A stretch of 64,000 bases of DNA from Candidatus Fervidifonticultor secundus (GTDB taxonomy: Bacteria > Sysuimicrobiota > Sysuimicrobiia > Sysuimicrobiales > Humicultoraceae): NCBI GenBank assembly GCA_031459385.1, contig JAVKIP010000003.1, positions 133,192 to 197,191 of the forward strand, in the 5' to 3' direction. Numbering within the stretch: position 1 is the first letter of the stretch; each line of letters opens with the position of its first letter. The notes beneath the pieces were generated by a model, which saw only the letters and a list, made by a program, of their open reading frames with translations, did no database searches and was not told the origin of the DNA. The position numbers and the translations under genes were made by a program. Shown here piece after piece: positions 39,919-50,177 of the stretch.

Positions 39919-40904
39919 GGGTCGCGGCCGTCCTCTACCGCCACGGGCGGGAAGGCCCGCGAGAGGTCGCGGACCATCCCCTCGACGTCCGCACCCGCCG
40001 CCCGGGCGGCCAGCAGTGCCGCGCCCACCTCCGGCGGGAAGCGAGCCGGCCGCAGGCGAGGTACGCATCCGGCCGCAGCCAGGGCGCGGAGCATCGGGCC
40101 GCGCAGCATCTCCCCGGCCTCGAACATCCCGCCGGTGGCGACCAGCGCGAAGGGCGTCTGCGCCCACCCCAGCCGCCGCGCCACCGCCGCCACCATCGCG
40201 GCGAGCGCTTCCCCTGCGTTCGCCATGATCCGCAGCGCCACCGCATCGCCGGCGCGCGCCGCGCCCGCGGCCAGCGGCGCGACCGCTGCCACCTGGTCGA
40301 TGCTCAGGCCCCGGACGATGAGCTTCAGCGACGCCAGCGAGGCCAGGCCGAAGCGCGCCCGCACCTCCTCCGCCAGGGCCGTGGCCGGGCCGCGGCCGTC
40401 GAAGGCCTGCATAGCGGCGCGCAGGATGGCGCGGCCCACATCGTACCCGCTGCCTTCGTCGTTCAGCAGCGGCCCCCACCCGCCGGCGCGCGCCCGGCGG
40501 CCGGCCGCGTCGACGCCGAAGGCAACAGAACCGGTCCCCGCGACGATCACGATGCCCGGCTGCAGGGCCGTGCCTCCGGCGAGCGCCACCGCCGCATCGT
40601 GGTCGATGGCGACCAGACGCGCCACACCGGCGCCGCGCAACGCTCGCTCGAGCCGCTCCCGGATGTCCGGGTCGTCCGCGCCCGCGAGCCCTGCCCCCAA
40701 TGCGGCCACAGGTGGCGTCAGGCCGGCCTGCGCCAGGGCAGCCCGGGCCGCCTCGGCGACCACGGCTGCCGCTTCCTCGGGCTCGCGGTGGTAGGCGCTG
40801 GCCGACCGCACCGTCGCCACGTTTCGCGCCGCACCGCCGGCCAGGACCACCGCCCGGGTCTTGGTCGCGCCACCGTCCACGCCGATGAGCACCGCCTCAG
40901 CCAT
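39915..40904 (-). CDS. BadF-family N-acetylglucosamine/MurNAc kinase
   Basis: GVDGGATKT, DHDA, VAGTGS, GGWGPLLNDEGSG. Confidence 0.88.
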   Translation of the reverse strand: MAEAVLIGVDGGATKTRAVVLAGGAARNVATVRSASAYHREPEEAAAVVAEAARAALAQAGLTPPVAALGAGLAGADDPDIRERLERALRGAGVARLVAIDHDAAVALAGGTALQPGIVIVAGTGSVAFGVDAAGRRARAGGWGPLLNDEGSGYDVGRAILRAAMQAFDGRGPATALAEEVRARFGLASLASLKLIVRGLSIDQVAAVAPLAAGAARAGDAVALRIMANAGEALAAMVAAVARRLGWAQTPFALVATGGMFEAGEMLRGPMLRALAAAGCVPRLRPARFPPEVGAALLAARAAGADVEGMVRDLSRAFPPVAVEDGRDP

Positions 40905-42096
40905 CGCACGCCTCGATGACGGCGTCGTGGAAGGCCGGGCGGAACGCCACGATGGCCTCGCCGGACGCCGATGGATGCACACGGTTCGTCAGCAGGACGA
41001 TGACGAGCGCACGCGCCGGATCGACGAGCAGGGAGGTGCCGGTGAACCCCGTGTGGCCAAACGCCGCCGGGGAGGCGCGGCGGCCCGCGAACGGCCAGCC
41101 CGCCAGCGCCCATCCGAGTCCGCGCCGTCCTGGCTGTGCGTCCCCCGTGTGGTCGCGCGTCGCCTCTGCGATGACCTCTGCCGGCAGGAGCCGCGCGCCA
41201 TCGGCGACGCCGCCGCCAAGCCAGGCCTCGCCCGCGCGCGCCACGTCGGCGGCAGTCCCGAACAGGCCAGCGTGGCCGGCCACTCCGCGCCCCACGTACC
41301 AGGCGTTGCCGTCGTGCACCTCGCCCCGCAGCACGTGGGTGCGCCAGCGAAACCTCGCCCCTAGTCCCTGTTCGGCCGCCCGCTGGCGCTCGTAGGCGTT
41401 GCCTGTCTCCGTGGCCACGCAGCGCCACGACGCCGGCGGCCGGTAGCGCAGCGTGCGCAGCCCCAGGGGCCGTGCGACGAGGCGTCGGACGAGCCGGTCC
41501 AGCGGCTCGCCTGCGACCCGCTCGACCAGATAGCCCAGCGCGATGAATCCCAGGTCGCTGTACTCCACCCTGGCGCCCGGAGGCGCGGCTAGCGGGGTGG
41601 CGGCGATGCGGCGGGTGGCCTCCGCCACCGTGCGGCAGGCGCGGTGGCGGAGGCCGCGGGGGGCGCCGGCCGCCGGCAGATAGAGCGGTTCCCACGCGGG
41701 CAGGCCCGCCGTGTGCACCAGGAGGTGGCGCACCGTGACAGCTGCGTGCGCCCCGTGCCCGAAGGCGGGGAGGTAGACGGCGACGGCCGCGTCCAGGTCG
41801 AGACGGCGCCGGCTCCAGAGGTCCAGGACCACGGCGGCCGTCGCCAGGGGCTTGGTCAGGCTGGCCAGGTCGAAGACGGCGTCGAGGGTCATCGGCCGAG
41901 GCCGCGGGACGACCTGGGCCCGGCCGAAGGCGGCGTGCGCGAGCCACCGCCCCTCCTGGCGCACGGCCACCACGGCGCCCGGGAACACCCCCCGCGCCAG
42001 GCCATCGGCGATCGCCGCGCGCACCGCGTCGCGCACCCGTGCCGCGGCGGCCGGCCGCTGGCGGGATGTTGTCGCGCGCAGCCCGGGAGGAGTCAC
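40897..42096 (-). CDS. Serine hydrolase, beta-lactamase-related (AmiE-like)
   Basis: FDLASLTK (SxxK), YSD, GEVHDGNA, GHAGLF, GHTGFTGTS. Confidence 0.9.
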   Translation of the reverse strand: MTPPGLRATTSRQRPAAAARVRDAVRAAIADGLARGVFPGAVVAVRQEGRWLAHAAFGRAQVVPRPRPMTLDAVFDLASLTKPLATAAVVLDLWSRRRLDLDAAVAVYLPAFGHGAHAAVTVRHLLVHTAGLPAWEPLYLPAAGAPRGLRHRACRTVAEATRRIAATPLAAPPGARVEYSDLGFIALGYLVERVAGEPLDRLVRRLVARPLGLRTLRYRPPASWRCVATETGNAYERQRAAEQGLGARFRWRTHVLRGEVHDGNAWYVGRGVAGHAGLFGTAADVARAGEAWLGGGVADGARLLPAEVIAEATRDHTGDAQPGRRGLGWALAGWPFAGRRASPAAFGHTGFTGTSLLVDPARALVIVLLTNRVHPSASGEAIVAFRPAFHDAVIEACDG

Positions 42097-42139
42097 GCGG
42101 GCCGCGGGCCCGGCAGGCCGCAGGACGTCGGCAGGCGCG

Positions 42140-43078
42140 TCATCGCAGCCTGGGGTCCAGCAGGTCGCGCAGCCCGTCGCCGAGCAGGTTGAACCCGAGC
42201 ACCACCACCATGATCGCCAGCCCCGGGAAGACCGCGTTCCAGGGCGCCAGCTCCAGGAACTGCCGGCCCTCGCTCAGCATGTTCCCCCACGAGGGCGTGG
42301 GTGGCTGCGTGCCCAGGCCCAGGAACGACAGGGCCGACTCCGAAAGGATTGCCAGCGACAGGCTCAGCGAGACCTGCACGATCACGGGCGCCAGCACGTT
42401 GGGCAGCACGTGGCGCCCGAGGATGCGCCCGTGGCCGAGCCCCAGTGCCCGGGCGGCGTCCACGAACTCGAGCCCGCGGACCGCGAGCGCGGCCGCCCGC
42501 GCCACCCGCGCGAACTGCGGCGTGTAGACGATGCCGATGGCCAGCACCAGGTTGAACAGGCTCGTGCCGAGCACGGCCATGATGGCGATGGCCAGCAGGA
42601 TCGCCGGGAACGCGAACAGGACGTCCATGGCGCGCATGACCACGGCGTCCCACCACCCGCCGTAGTAGCCCGCGGCCAGGCCGAGGGTCGTGCCCAGCGC
42701 CAGCGCCGTCAGCACCGACAGGAAGGCCACCACCAGCGAGACGCGGGAGCCCACGAGCACCCGGCTGAACACGTCCCGGCCGAACTCGTCGGTGCCGAAC
42801 CAGTAGCGCGCGCCCGGCGGGCGCAGGCTATCCTCCGGGTGCATCGCGCGCACGTCATGGGGCACGAGGCGCGGGGCCAGGGCGCCCACCAGCACCGACG
42901 TCAGCACGATAGCCAGGCCCAAAGGCGCCGCGCGGGTACGCCAGAACCGCCGCGCCCACCACCGCCAGCCGACCTGCAGGCGCGGCCCCTCGGCCGCGGC
43001 CGCCGCAGCCCGTCCCGCGCGGACGGCGGGGGCGGGCGCCGAGCTAGCCGTATCGGATCCGCGGGTCGATCCAGGCAT
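42140..43078 (-). CDS. Peptide ABC transporter permease (DppC/OppC-like)
   Basis: FGTDEFGRDVFSR, EFVDAARALG, HVLPN, LSFLGLG; start uncertain. Confidence 0.9.
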   Translation of the reverse strand: MPGSTRGSDTASSAPAPAVRAGRAAAAAAEGPRLQVGWRWWARRFWRTRAAPLGLAIVLTSVLVGALAPRLVPHDVRAMHPEDSLRPPGARYWFGTDEFGRDVFSRVLVGSRVSLVVAFLSVLTALALGTTLGLAAGYYGGWWDAVVMRAMDVLFAFPAILLAIAIMAVLGTSLFNLVLAIGIVYTPQFARVARAAALAVRGLEFVDAARALGLGHGRILGRHVLPNVLAPVIVQVSLSLSLAILSESALSFLGLGTQPPTPSWGNMLSEGRQFLELAPWNAVFPGLAIMVVVLGFNLLGDGLRDLLDPRLR

Positions 43079-43991
43079 AGGCCAGGTCCACGACCAGATT
43101 GGTGAGCACGAACAGGAGCGCGATCACCAGTACGACCCCCTGCACCACCGGGTAGTCGCGCTGGAAGATTGCCTGCAGCACGAGCCGGCCCATGCCGGGC
43201 AGGGCGAAGATCTCCTCGATGACGACCGTCCCGCCCAGCAGGTAGCCCATCTGGAAGCCCGCCACCGTGATCACCGGGATCAGAGCGTTGGGCAGGGCGT
43301 GGCGCAGCATCACCGTCTGCTCGCGCAGCCCCTTGCCCCGGGCGGTACGCACGTAGTCCTGCCCCAGCACCTCGAGCAGCGACGAGCGCACGTAGCGCAT
43401 GAGGATCGCCGCGATGGCCGCGCCGAGGGCCAGGGCCGGCAGGTAGAGGCTCTGCAGCGTCGCCAGCGGGTTCACCGTGACCGGCGTGTACTGGCCGAGC
43501 GACACGTGCAGGTAGCGCGAGAAGACCAGGATCAGCATGGCGCCCAGCCAGAAGTTGGGCATCGAGAGCCCCAGCAGGCCCCCGACGCGCACGGCGACGT
43601 CGAGGGCCGCGTTGCGCATCACCGCCGAAGCGATCCCCAGGGGGACCGCCAGCGCCACGGCCACCACCAGCGCCAGGGTCGCCAGCTGGAACGACAGCGG
43701 CAGCCGCTGCAGGATGTCGGGCAGCACCGGCCGCGATGTGCGCAGCGAGACCCCGAAGTCGCCCCGCACCACCCGGCCCAGGTAGTCCAGGAACTGCGCC
43801 CAGAGCGGCTTGTCGACGCCGAAGAAGCGCCGCAGCTCCGCCATCTGCTCCGGGGTCATCTCGACCTGGGTGCCCAGGAAGAGCTGCACCGCGTCGCCGG
43901 GGATCAGGCGGATGAGCAGGAAGACCACCACCAGGATCCCCAGCAGCACGGGGATCAACGCCAGCAGGCGGGCGGCCAGGTACCGCTGCAC
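43044..43991 (-). CDS. Peptide ABC transporter permease (DppB/OppB-like)
   Basis: LIPGD, PNFWLG, QDYVRTARGKG, HALPNA, RDYPVVQG. Confidence 0.92.
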   Translation of the reverse strand: MQRYLAARLLALIPVLLGILVVVFLLIRLIPGDAVQLFLGTQVEMTPEQMAELRRFFGVDKPLWAQFLDYLGRVVRGDFGVSLRTSRPVLPDILQRLPLSFQLATLALVVAVALAVPLGIASAVMRNAALDVAVRVGGLLGLSMPNFWLGAMLILVFSRYLHVSLGQYTPVTVNPLATLQSLYLPALALGAAIAAILMRYVRSSLLEVLGQDYVRTARGKGLREQTVMLRHALPNALIPVITVAGFQMGYLLGGTVVIEEIFALPGMGRLVLQAIFQRDYPVVQGVVLVIALLFVLTNLVVDLAYAWIDPRIRYG

Positions 43992-44056
43992 GGGGAACGA
44001 CCACCGGCGGTGGGGAGCGGCCGTCTGCTCGCTCCCCCACCGCCGGTCGACGCGTC

Positions 44057-45571
44057 CTACCGGTCGACGGTCGCCTCCTCCAGGAAGTAGAGCGAGCCGT
44101 TGCCGACGATCCGGAACCCCTTCACGTACCCCTGCAGGACCTGGGTCTCCATGGGCGTGTACAGGAACAGTGCCGGCGCTGCCTCGATCAGCGCCCGCTC
44201 CAGCTGCGCGTAGATCGGCCGGCGGGCCTCCGCGTCGAGGTTCACGCGGCCGCGCTCCAGCAGCCGGTCGATGGCCGCGTCTTTGAACAGGAAGTTGTTG
44301 ACGGCACCGGTGCTGTGGAATGTGCGGTACAGGAAGCGGTCAGGGTCGGGGTCCCCGCCGCGCAGCTCGATCATGGTGTCGAAGTCGCGCTGCACCCACC
44401 GGTTGATGTAGGTACCCCACTCGATCGTCTCCAGGGTGGCCGTGACGCCCACCGCCCGCAGCTGCTCCTGGATGACCTGCGCCACGGCGATGCCGCCCTC
44501 GTAGGTGGGCGACGTCACGATGCGCATGGCGAAGCCGCCGCCCACGCCGGCCTCGGCCAGCAGGCGCCGGGCCCGCTCCACGTCCCGCTGGTAGGAGGGC
44601 AGCCGCGCCGCGGGCGTGGCCCAGGGCGTCGAGGCCGGGATCGGACCGGAGACCTGCGCGAAGCCGAACTCCGCGGTGTTGACGATGGCCTGGCGGTCGA
44701 TGGCCCACGAGAGGGCGTAGCGCACCCTTGGGTCGGTGAACGGCGGCCGGGTGGTGTTGAACGAGAAGATGCGCAGGTTGATGCCGGGCTTCTGCATCAC
44801 CACCAGGCCCGCCTCGCGCCGGGCCTGGACGATGACCGGACCCTGGTTGATCGTCGCCATGTCCAACGCACGGGTGCGGACGCCGGCCAGGAGCGAGGCC
44901 TGATCGGGGATGACCCGGATGATGATCGTGTCGATCTTGGGCAGGCCGCGGCGGAAGTAGTGCGGGTTCCGGACCAGCCGCATGAAGTTGTCGGGCACCC
45001 ACTCCGCCAGCATGTAGGGGCCGGTGCCGGCCACGTTGCGCTGGAGGTTGCCGAAGCGCTGCACGGCCGCCCGCTCGACGATCGAGAGGTTCGCCGAGGC
45101 CAGGCCCGAGAGCAGCGACGCCAGCGGGAAGCCCATCCTGACCCGGACGGTATAGCGGTCCACAGCCTCCACGCTGGTGATCACGTCGATGAAGGACCGG
45201 CCCGGCGAGCGCGTGGCCGGGTCGAGGACTCGCTCCAGCGTGAACTTCACGTCGTCGGCGGTCGCCTCTGCGCCGCTGTGGAACCGGACGCCCCGCCGCA
45301 GGCGGAAGACAGCGGTGCGGGGATCCGGGAACTCCCACGACTCGGCCAGGTCCGGCTCGATCTCCAGCCGGTCGTTGTAGCGCACCAGCTTGTTGTAGAG
45401 GAAATCGATGCGGCGGAACGACGAGAACGCCGTCACCAGGTTGGGGTCGAGCCCCACGACCTCCTGGTCGACGCCGATCGTCAGCGTCACCCCGCCAGGC
45501 GCCGCCCGCACCGGCACGGCCGGCGCGACCAGCGCGACCACCACCAGCACCACCCACCAGCGAACGCTCAC
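44057..45571 (-). CDS. Family 5 ABC substrate-binding protein
   Basis: Signal peptide; PDLAESW, LRRGVRFH, ADDVKFT, GTGPY, RYALSWAIDR. Confidence 0.92.
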   Translation of the reverse strand: MSVRWWVVLVVVALVAPAVPVRAAPGGVTLTIGVDQEVVGLDPNLVTAFSSFRRIDFLYNKLVRYNDRLEIEPDLAESWEFPDPRTAVFRLRRGVRFHSGAEATADDVKFTLERVLDPATRSPGRSFIDVITSVEAVDRYTVRVRMGFPLASLLSGLASANLSIVERAAVQRFGNLQRNVAGTGPYMLAEWVPDNFMRLVRNPHYFRRGLPKIDTIIIRVIPDQASLLAGVRTRALDMATINQGPVIVQARREAGLVVMQKPGINLRIFSFNTTRPPFTDPRVRYALSWAIDRQAIVNTAEFGFAQVSGPIPASTPWATPAARLPSYQRDVERARRLLAEAGVGGGFAMRIVTSPTYEGGIAVAQVIQEQLRAVGVTATLETIEWGTYINRWVQRDFDTMIELRGGDPDPDRFLYRTFHSTGAVNNFLFKDAAIDRLLERGRVNLDAEARRPIYAQLERALIEAAPALFLYTPMETQVLQGYVKGFRIVGNGSLYFLEEATVDR

Positions 45572-46164
45572 GGACGTCCCTCCCTCTGTGTCGTGCTATG
45601 GTCGGCGGGTCCCGCCCCGGGGCTGCGGGTGCCCTGCAGCGGCCCGCGGGTCTTGCGCATGAGGACCTCGGTGATCCCCGGTACCACGTAGTCGACCAGC
45701 GCGCCCACCCGGGCGTACCCGCGGCGCCGGTAGAACGCCTGCGCGCGCCGGTTGAAGCGCGAGACGGTCAGGAAGACGTTGGGCCCCCGCCGGAAGATCC
45801 GCTCCTCGGCGTGGCGCAGCAGCGCCCCTCCCACCCCCTGCCCGCGCGCGGCGGGCGCCACAGCCAGCCAGCGCACGTAGCCGCTGTGGTGGAACGTCCC
45901 CTCGCGTCTGAACCAGATGAACCCCAGCACGGCGCCACCGGATGCGGCCACGGCCACGTCGCCGGCCTTGAGCGCGCTGGCGCCCCCGCGGCGGGCGGCC
46001 GCCAGCGCCCCTCGCAACGCACGCCGCGCGCCAGCCAGCGTCAGCCCGTAGCGCCGCCACAGCGGATCGCCGGCCACGATGCGCGCGCACGCCTCCACGT
46101 CCGTGGCGCGCAGACGCCGGATGCGCACGGAGCGGCGCTGACGACGAGACGGCTCGCTGGACAC
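45568..46164 (-). CDS. GNAT acetyltransferase
   Basis: LAVAPAARGQGVG, NRRAQAFYRRRGY; AGGAG SD before the GTG. Confidence 0.85.
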   Translation of the reverse strand: MSSEPSRRQRRSVRIRRLRATDVEACARIVAGDPLWRRYGLTLAGARRALRGALAAARRGGASALKAGDVAVAASGGAVLGFIWFRREGTFHHSGYVRWLAVAPAARGQGVGGALLRHAEERIFRRGPNVFLTVSRFNRRAQAFYRRRGYARVGALVDYVVPGITEVLMRKTRGPLQGTRSPGAGPADHSTTQREGRP

Positions 46165-46384
46165 GGTGCGGCAACTCCTGCCGCCCAGTATAGCGCCGGC
46201 CGGGGGGCGTGCCCATACGATCCCGCCCTGAGGAGCGCCGCCGACTGCTCCCGGGCCACCGCCAGGCCCCCGCGCCCACCTTGCCGGGGCGCCCGCCCCG
46301 GGCCAGACAGGACCCGCTTCGCGGCGCCGCGAACCTTCGCATCGTCGCCGCACCGGCGGCCGTCCTCCCGGGAGGTGAGCACGG

Positions 46385-47917
46385 ATGCACCGGTGGCTTC
46401 TCCTGCTCGTCACCGCCAGCATGGTCCTGGCGTTGCTGACCCCGGCCGCCCCCGCGCCGGCACCCGCCGGGATGCTGCGCGTGGGCATGGAAGCGCAACC
46501 CACGACCATGGACCCGGGGCTGTCGACCGACCTCTACTCCCACCAGGTGTACTCGCACATCCTGGAAGGCCTGGTGGTGCTGGACACCCAGGGCGTGCCG
46601 CGCCCGGCTCTGGCCGACGCGTGGACCACGTCCGCGGACGGCCGCACGTGGACGTTCCGGCTCCGGCAGGGTGTGCGGTTCCACGACGGCAGCGAGTTCA
46701 CCGCCGACGACGTGAAGTACACCATCGACCGGATCCTGGATCCGGCCACGCGCTCCCCGCAGCGAGGCGCGCTGTCGCAGATCACCGCGGTGGACGTCGT
46801 CGACCGCCACACCGTGCGCATCACGACCCGGGCCGCCTTCATCCCGATTCTCACCAACCTGGCCACCTCCGCCTACATCCTGCCCCGGGCGGCGCACGCG
46901 CGGTTGGGCCGCGACTTCGCGCGGCGGCCGGTGGGCACCGGCCCGTACAAGTGGGTCGAGTGGGTGCCCGATGAGCGCATCGTCCTCGAGGCCAACCCCG
47001 ACTACCATGGCGGCCGCCCGGCGATGGACCGCGTGCAGTTCCGCTTCATCCCCGAGGGCAGCGTGCGGCTGGCCGAGCTGGAGTCGGGCGGGGTCGACCT
47101 GATCGCCGGCGTGCCCGCCCCCGACCTGCGGCGGCTGCGGGTGAGCCTGCTGGTGGACCTGCACGAGGTCATCGGCACGAACTACCGGCTCATCGCCTTC
47201 AACACCTCGGTCAAGCCCTTCGACGACGTGCGGGTCCGCCAGGCCATCGCCATGGCCATCGACAAGAAGAAGATCATCGACGTCGTCTGGCAGGAGCGCG
47301 CCGTGCTGGCCGAGGGCCCCATCCCGCCTACGTCCTGGGCCTACGACGAGCGGTTCAAGGGCCACCCCTACAACCTGGCCCGGGCCCGGCAGCTCCTGGC
47401 CGAGGCGGGGATGGCCGGGGGCTTCGAGATGAACTACCTGATCTCGGAGAGCGAGGAGCTCCGCCGCGAGGCGCCGTTGCTCATCGACATGCTGAAGCCG
47501 CTCAACATCACCGTGAAGGTCACCGTGGTGGACTTCCCCACGCTGCTCCAGCGGCTGCTCCGCGCCGAGTACGACACGCTGCGCGTGGGCTGGACCACCA
47601 ACCCCGAGCCGGACTCGCTGCTCTACAGCCCCTTCCACACGTCGGCGATCGGGGGCTTCAACTTCACCAAGTACCGCAACCCGCGCGTCGACGACCTGCT
47701 GGATCGCGGCCGCACCGTCGCCAACCCGGCCGAGCGCACCCGCATCTACCGCGAGGCACAGCGGCTGATCGTGCAGGACGCGCCCATGGTCTTCATCTTC
47801 CACGAGAAGCGTACCTACGCCAGCCGGAAGGCGGTCACGGGGTTCAAGCCACACGTCAGCGGCTGGATCGTGCTGAAGACGCCGTACGGGATCGACGTGA
47901 AGGCCCCCCGCCAGTAG
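46385..47917 (+). CDS. Family 5 ABC substrate-binding protein
   Basis: Signal peptide; LRQGVRFHDG, PVGTGPYK, VRQAIAMAID. Confidence 0.93.
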   Translation: MHRWLLLLVTASMVLALLTPAAPAPAPAGMLRVGMEAQPTTMDPGLSTDLYSHQVYSHILEGLVVLDTQGVPRPALADAWTTSADGRTWTFRLRQGVRFHDGSEFTADDVKYTIDRILDPATRSPQRGALSQITAVDVVDRHTVRITTRAAFIPILTNLATSAYILPRAAHARLGRDFARRPVGTGPYKWVEWVPDERIVLEANPDYHGGRPAMDRVQFRFIPEGSVRLAELESGGVDLIAGVPAPDLRRLRVSLLVDLHEVIGTNYRLIAFNTSVKPFDDVRVRQAIAMAIDKKKIIDVVWQERAVLAEGPIPPTSWAYDERFKGHPYNLARARQLLAEAGMAGGFEMNYLISESEELRREAPLLIDMLKPLNITVKVTVVDFPTLLQRLLRAEYDTLRVGWTTNPEPDSLLYSPFHTSAIGGFNFTKYRNPRVDDLLDRGRTVANPAERTRIYREAQRLIVQDAPMVFIFHEKRTYASRKAVTGFKPHVSGWIVLKTPYGIDVKAPRQ

Positions 47918-48051
47918 CGGCCGGACGCGGGCGGTCCGGCAGTCTCCGGCGGGATCCGTGGGGAGCGTCGCCTCGGGCCACAGGAGCCGCCGGCAGGCGC
48001 CGGCGGCGTCGCGGCAGGGCGTCCCGTGACCGGCGTGTCGGGGCATCCCTA

Positions 48052-49038
48052 GTGGGCCGCTACATCGCGCGGCGCCTGCTGGCCATGGTCCCCCTGCTGT
48101 TCGGGATCTCGGTCGTCATCTTCGCGATCATCCGGCTCGTCCCGGGCGACCCGATCGTCATCATGATCGGAGCCGAGAACGCCACGCCCGACGAGGTCGT
48201 GCGCCTGCGGCAGGTGCTGGGCCTGGACCAGCCGATTCCCATCCAGTACCTGAAGTTCCTCGGGCGCATCGCGACCGGCGACCTGGGCTCCTCCCTGGCC
48301 TCGGACGAACCGGTGACCCGGCTGATCCGGGAGCGCCTCCCGGCCACCATCGAGCTGACCCTGGCCGCCATGGCGGTCGCCCTGGCCATCGCCATCCCGG
48401 TCGGCGTGCTCTCGGCGATCCGCAAGTACACCATCGTCGACACGGCCGGCACCGTCGCGGCGCTGCTGGGCATCTCCATGCCCAACTTCTGGCTGGGCGT
48501 CATGTTGATCTTCCTGTTCTCGCTGCGCCTGGGCTGGCTGCCGGCGTCGGGGCGCGCCGAGTCGCTCACCGGTGGCCTGGTCCGCCTGGTGGCGACCGGC
48601 GACCCGGCTGCGCTACTTTCGGCCGCGGCCCACCTGGTGCTGCCGGCGGTGACGCTGGGCTCGGCGCTGGCCGCGGTGGTCACGCGCCTGACCCGCAGCG
48701 CCATGCTGGAGGTCATCGGGCAGGACTACATCCGCACCGCGCGGGCCAAGGGCCTGCGCGGGACGCGGGTGGTGCTGCGGCACGCGCTGCGCAACGCCCT
48801 GATTCCAGTGGTGACGGTCGTAGGGCTCGAGTTCGGCGCGCTGCTCGGCGGGGCGGTGATCACCGAGACGATCTTCGCCTGGCCCGGGATCGGCCGGCTG
48901 GCGATCCGGTCGATCTTCCAGCGGGACTTCCCCGTGGTGCAGGGCGTCGTGCTGATGATCGCCGTGGTGCGCATCTGCGCCAACCTGGCGGTGGACGTGT
49001 GCTATGCGGTCATCGACCCGCGCATCCGGTACGCGTAG
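48052..49038 (+). CDS. Peptide ABC transporter permease (DppB-like)
   Basis: LVPGDP, PNFWLG, QDYIRTARAKG, HALRNA. Confidence 0.93.
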   Translation: MGRYIARRLLAMVPLLFGISVVIFAIIRLVPGDPIVIMIGAENATPDEVVRLRQVLGLDQPIPIQYLKFLGRIATGDLGSSLASDEPVTRLIRERLPATIELTLAAMAVALAIAIPVGVLSAIRKYTIVDTAGTVAALLGISMPNFWLGVMLIFLFSLRLGWLPASGRAESLTGGLVRLVATGDPAALLSAAAHLVLPAVTLGSALAAVVTRLTRSAMLEVIGQDYIRTARAKGLRGTRVVLRHALRNALIPVVTVVGLEFGALLGGAVITETIFAWPGIGRLAIRSIFQRDFPVVQGVVLMIAVVRICANLAVDVCYAVIDPRIRYA

Positions 49039-49049
49039 GGGGCGGTGCC

Positions 49050-49952
49050 GTGCGTGAGGGCACGCGTCCGCTGCGCAGCGGGCTCGTCACCGCCGTTCCG
49101 GCCGGGGGCCGCCACGAGAGCTCCTGGGCGGCCGCCTGGCGCCGGCTGCGGCGCCACCGGCTGGCGATGCTGGGGATGGGCATTATCGCTGGCATCGTCT
49201 TGCTGGCCGTCTTCGCGCCGCTGGTCGCGCCCGCCGACCCGCTGGCGATCGACTATGCCCACCCCGCGGTGCCGCCCGGCGTGGCCGGGCACCTGCTGGG
49301 CACCGACGCCATCGGCCGCGACATCCTGGCGCGCCTGATCTACGGGACACGGGTGTCCCTGCAGGTGGGCCTGGTGGCCGTGGGCATCGCGGCCACGCTG
49401 GGCACCGCCGTGGGCCTCGCCGCTGGCTACTACGGCGGCTGGGTCGACAGCGTGTTGATGCGCACCGTCGACGTCTTCCTGGCGTTCCCGGTGATCGTCC
49501 TGGCCATCGGGATCATCGCGGTGCTGGGGCCGAGCCTGGTCAACGTGATGATCGCGCTGGGCCTGGTGGCGTGGACGACCTACGCCCGAGTGGTCCGCGG
49601 GCAGGTGCTGGTGCTGCGCGAGCTGGAGTTCGTACACGCGGCCCGGGCGATGGGCGTGGGCGACTGGCGCATCCTGGTGCGCCACGTCCTGCCCAACACG
49701 CTGGCGCCCATCATCGTGCTGGCCACCGTCGGCATGGCCACGGCCATCATCGCGGAAGCCGCCCTGTCGTTCCTGGGCCTGGGCGTGCAGCCGCCGACCC
49801 CCTCGTGGGGTACCATGCTCAACGAGGGCCGCGGCTTCCTGCGCACCGCGCCGCACATCTCGACGTTTCCCGGCCTGGCGATCATGCTGACGGTGCTGGG
49901 GTTCAACTTCCTGGGCGACGGGCTGCGCGACGCGCTCGACCCGCGGCTGTAG
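49050..49952 (+). CDS. Peptide ABC transporter permease (DppC-like)
   Basis: HLLGTDAIGRD, HVLPN, LSFLGLG, GDGLRDALDPR. Confidence 0.93.
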   Translation: MREGTRPLRSGLVTAVPAGGRHESSWAAAWRRLRRHRLAMLGMGIIAGIVLLAVFAPLVAPADPLAIDYAHPAVPPGVAGHLLGTDAIGRDILARLIYGTRVSLQVGLVAVGIAATLGTAVGLAAGYYGGWVDSVLMRTVDVFLAFPVIVLAIGIIAVLGPSLVNVMIALGLVAWTTYARVVRGQVLVLRELEFVHAARAMGVGDWRILVRHVLPNTLAPIIVLATVGMATAIIAEAALSFLGLGVQPPTPSWGTMLNEGRGFLRTAPHISTFPGLAIMLTVLGFNFLGDGLRDALDPRL

Positions 49953-50177
49953 CAGGTCGCGCCCGAGCAGCACCTGCCCGCCCAGCGCGACGGTGTCGAC
50001 GATCTGCCGTCCCGCCGCCGCCTCGACCTCCGCAGCGTACACCGGGGCGCGGTGTGCCGGCACACAGCCGGCGGGACGGGGCCAGGGGGAGGAAGCTCGG
50101 GACCGTGCGGGAACTCCCCGTCCGCAGTGGACGCGCCGTCGGGGGACCCTGGGGGCATGGAGAGGAGGCGCAACGCG

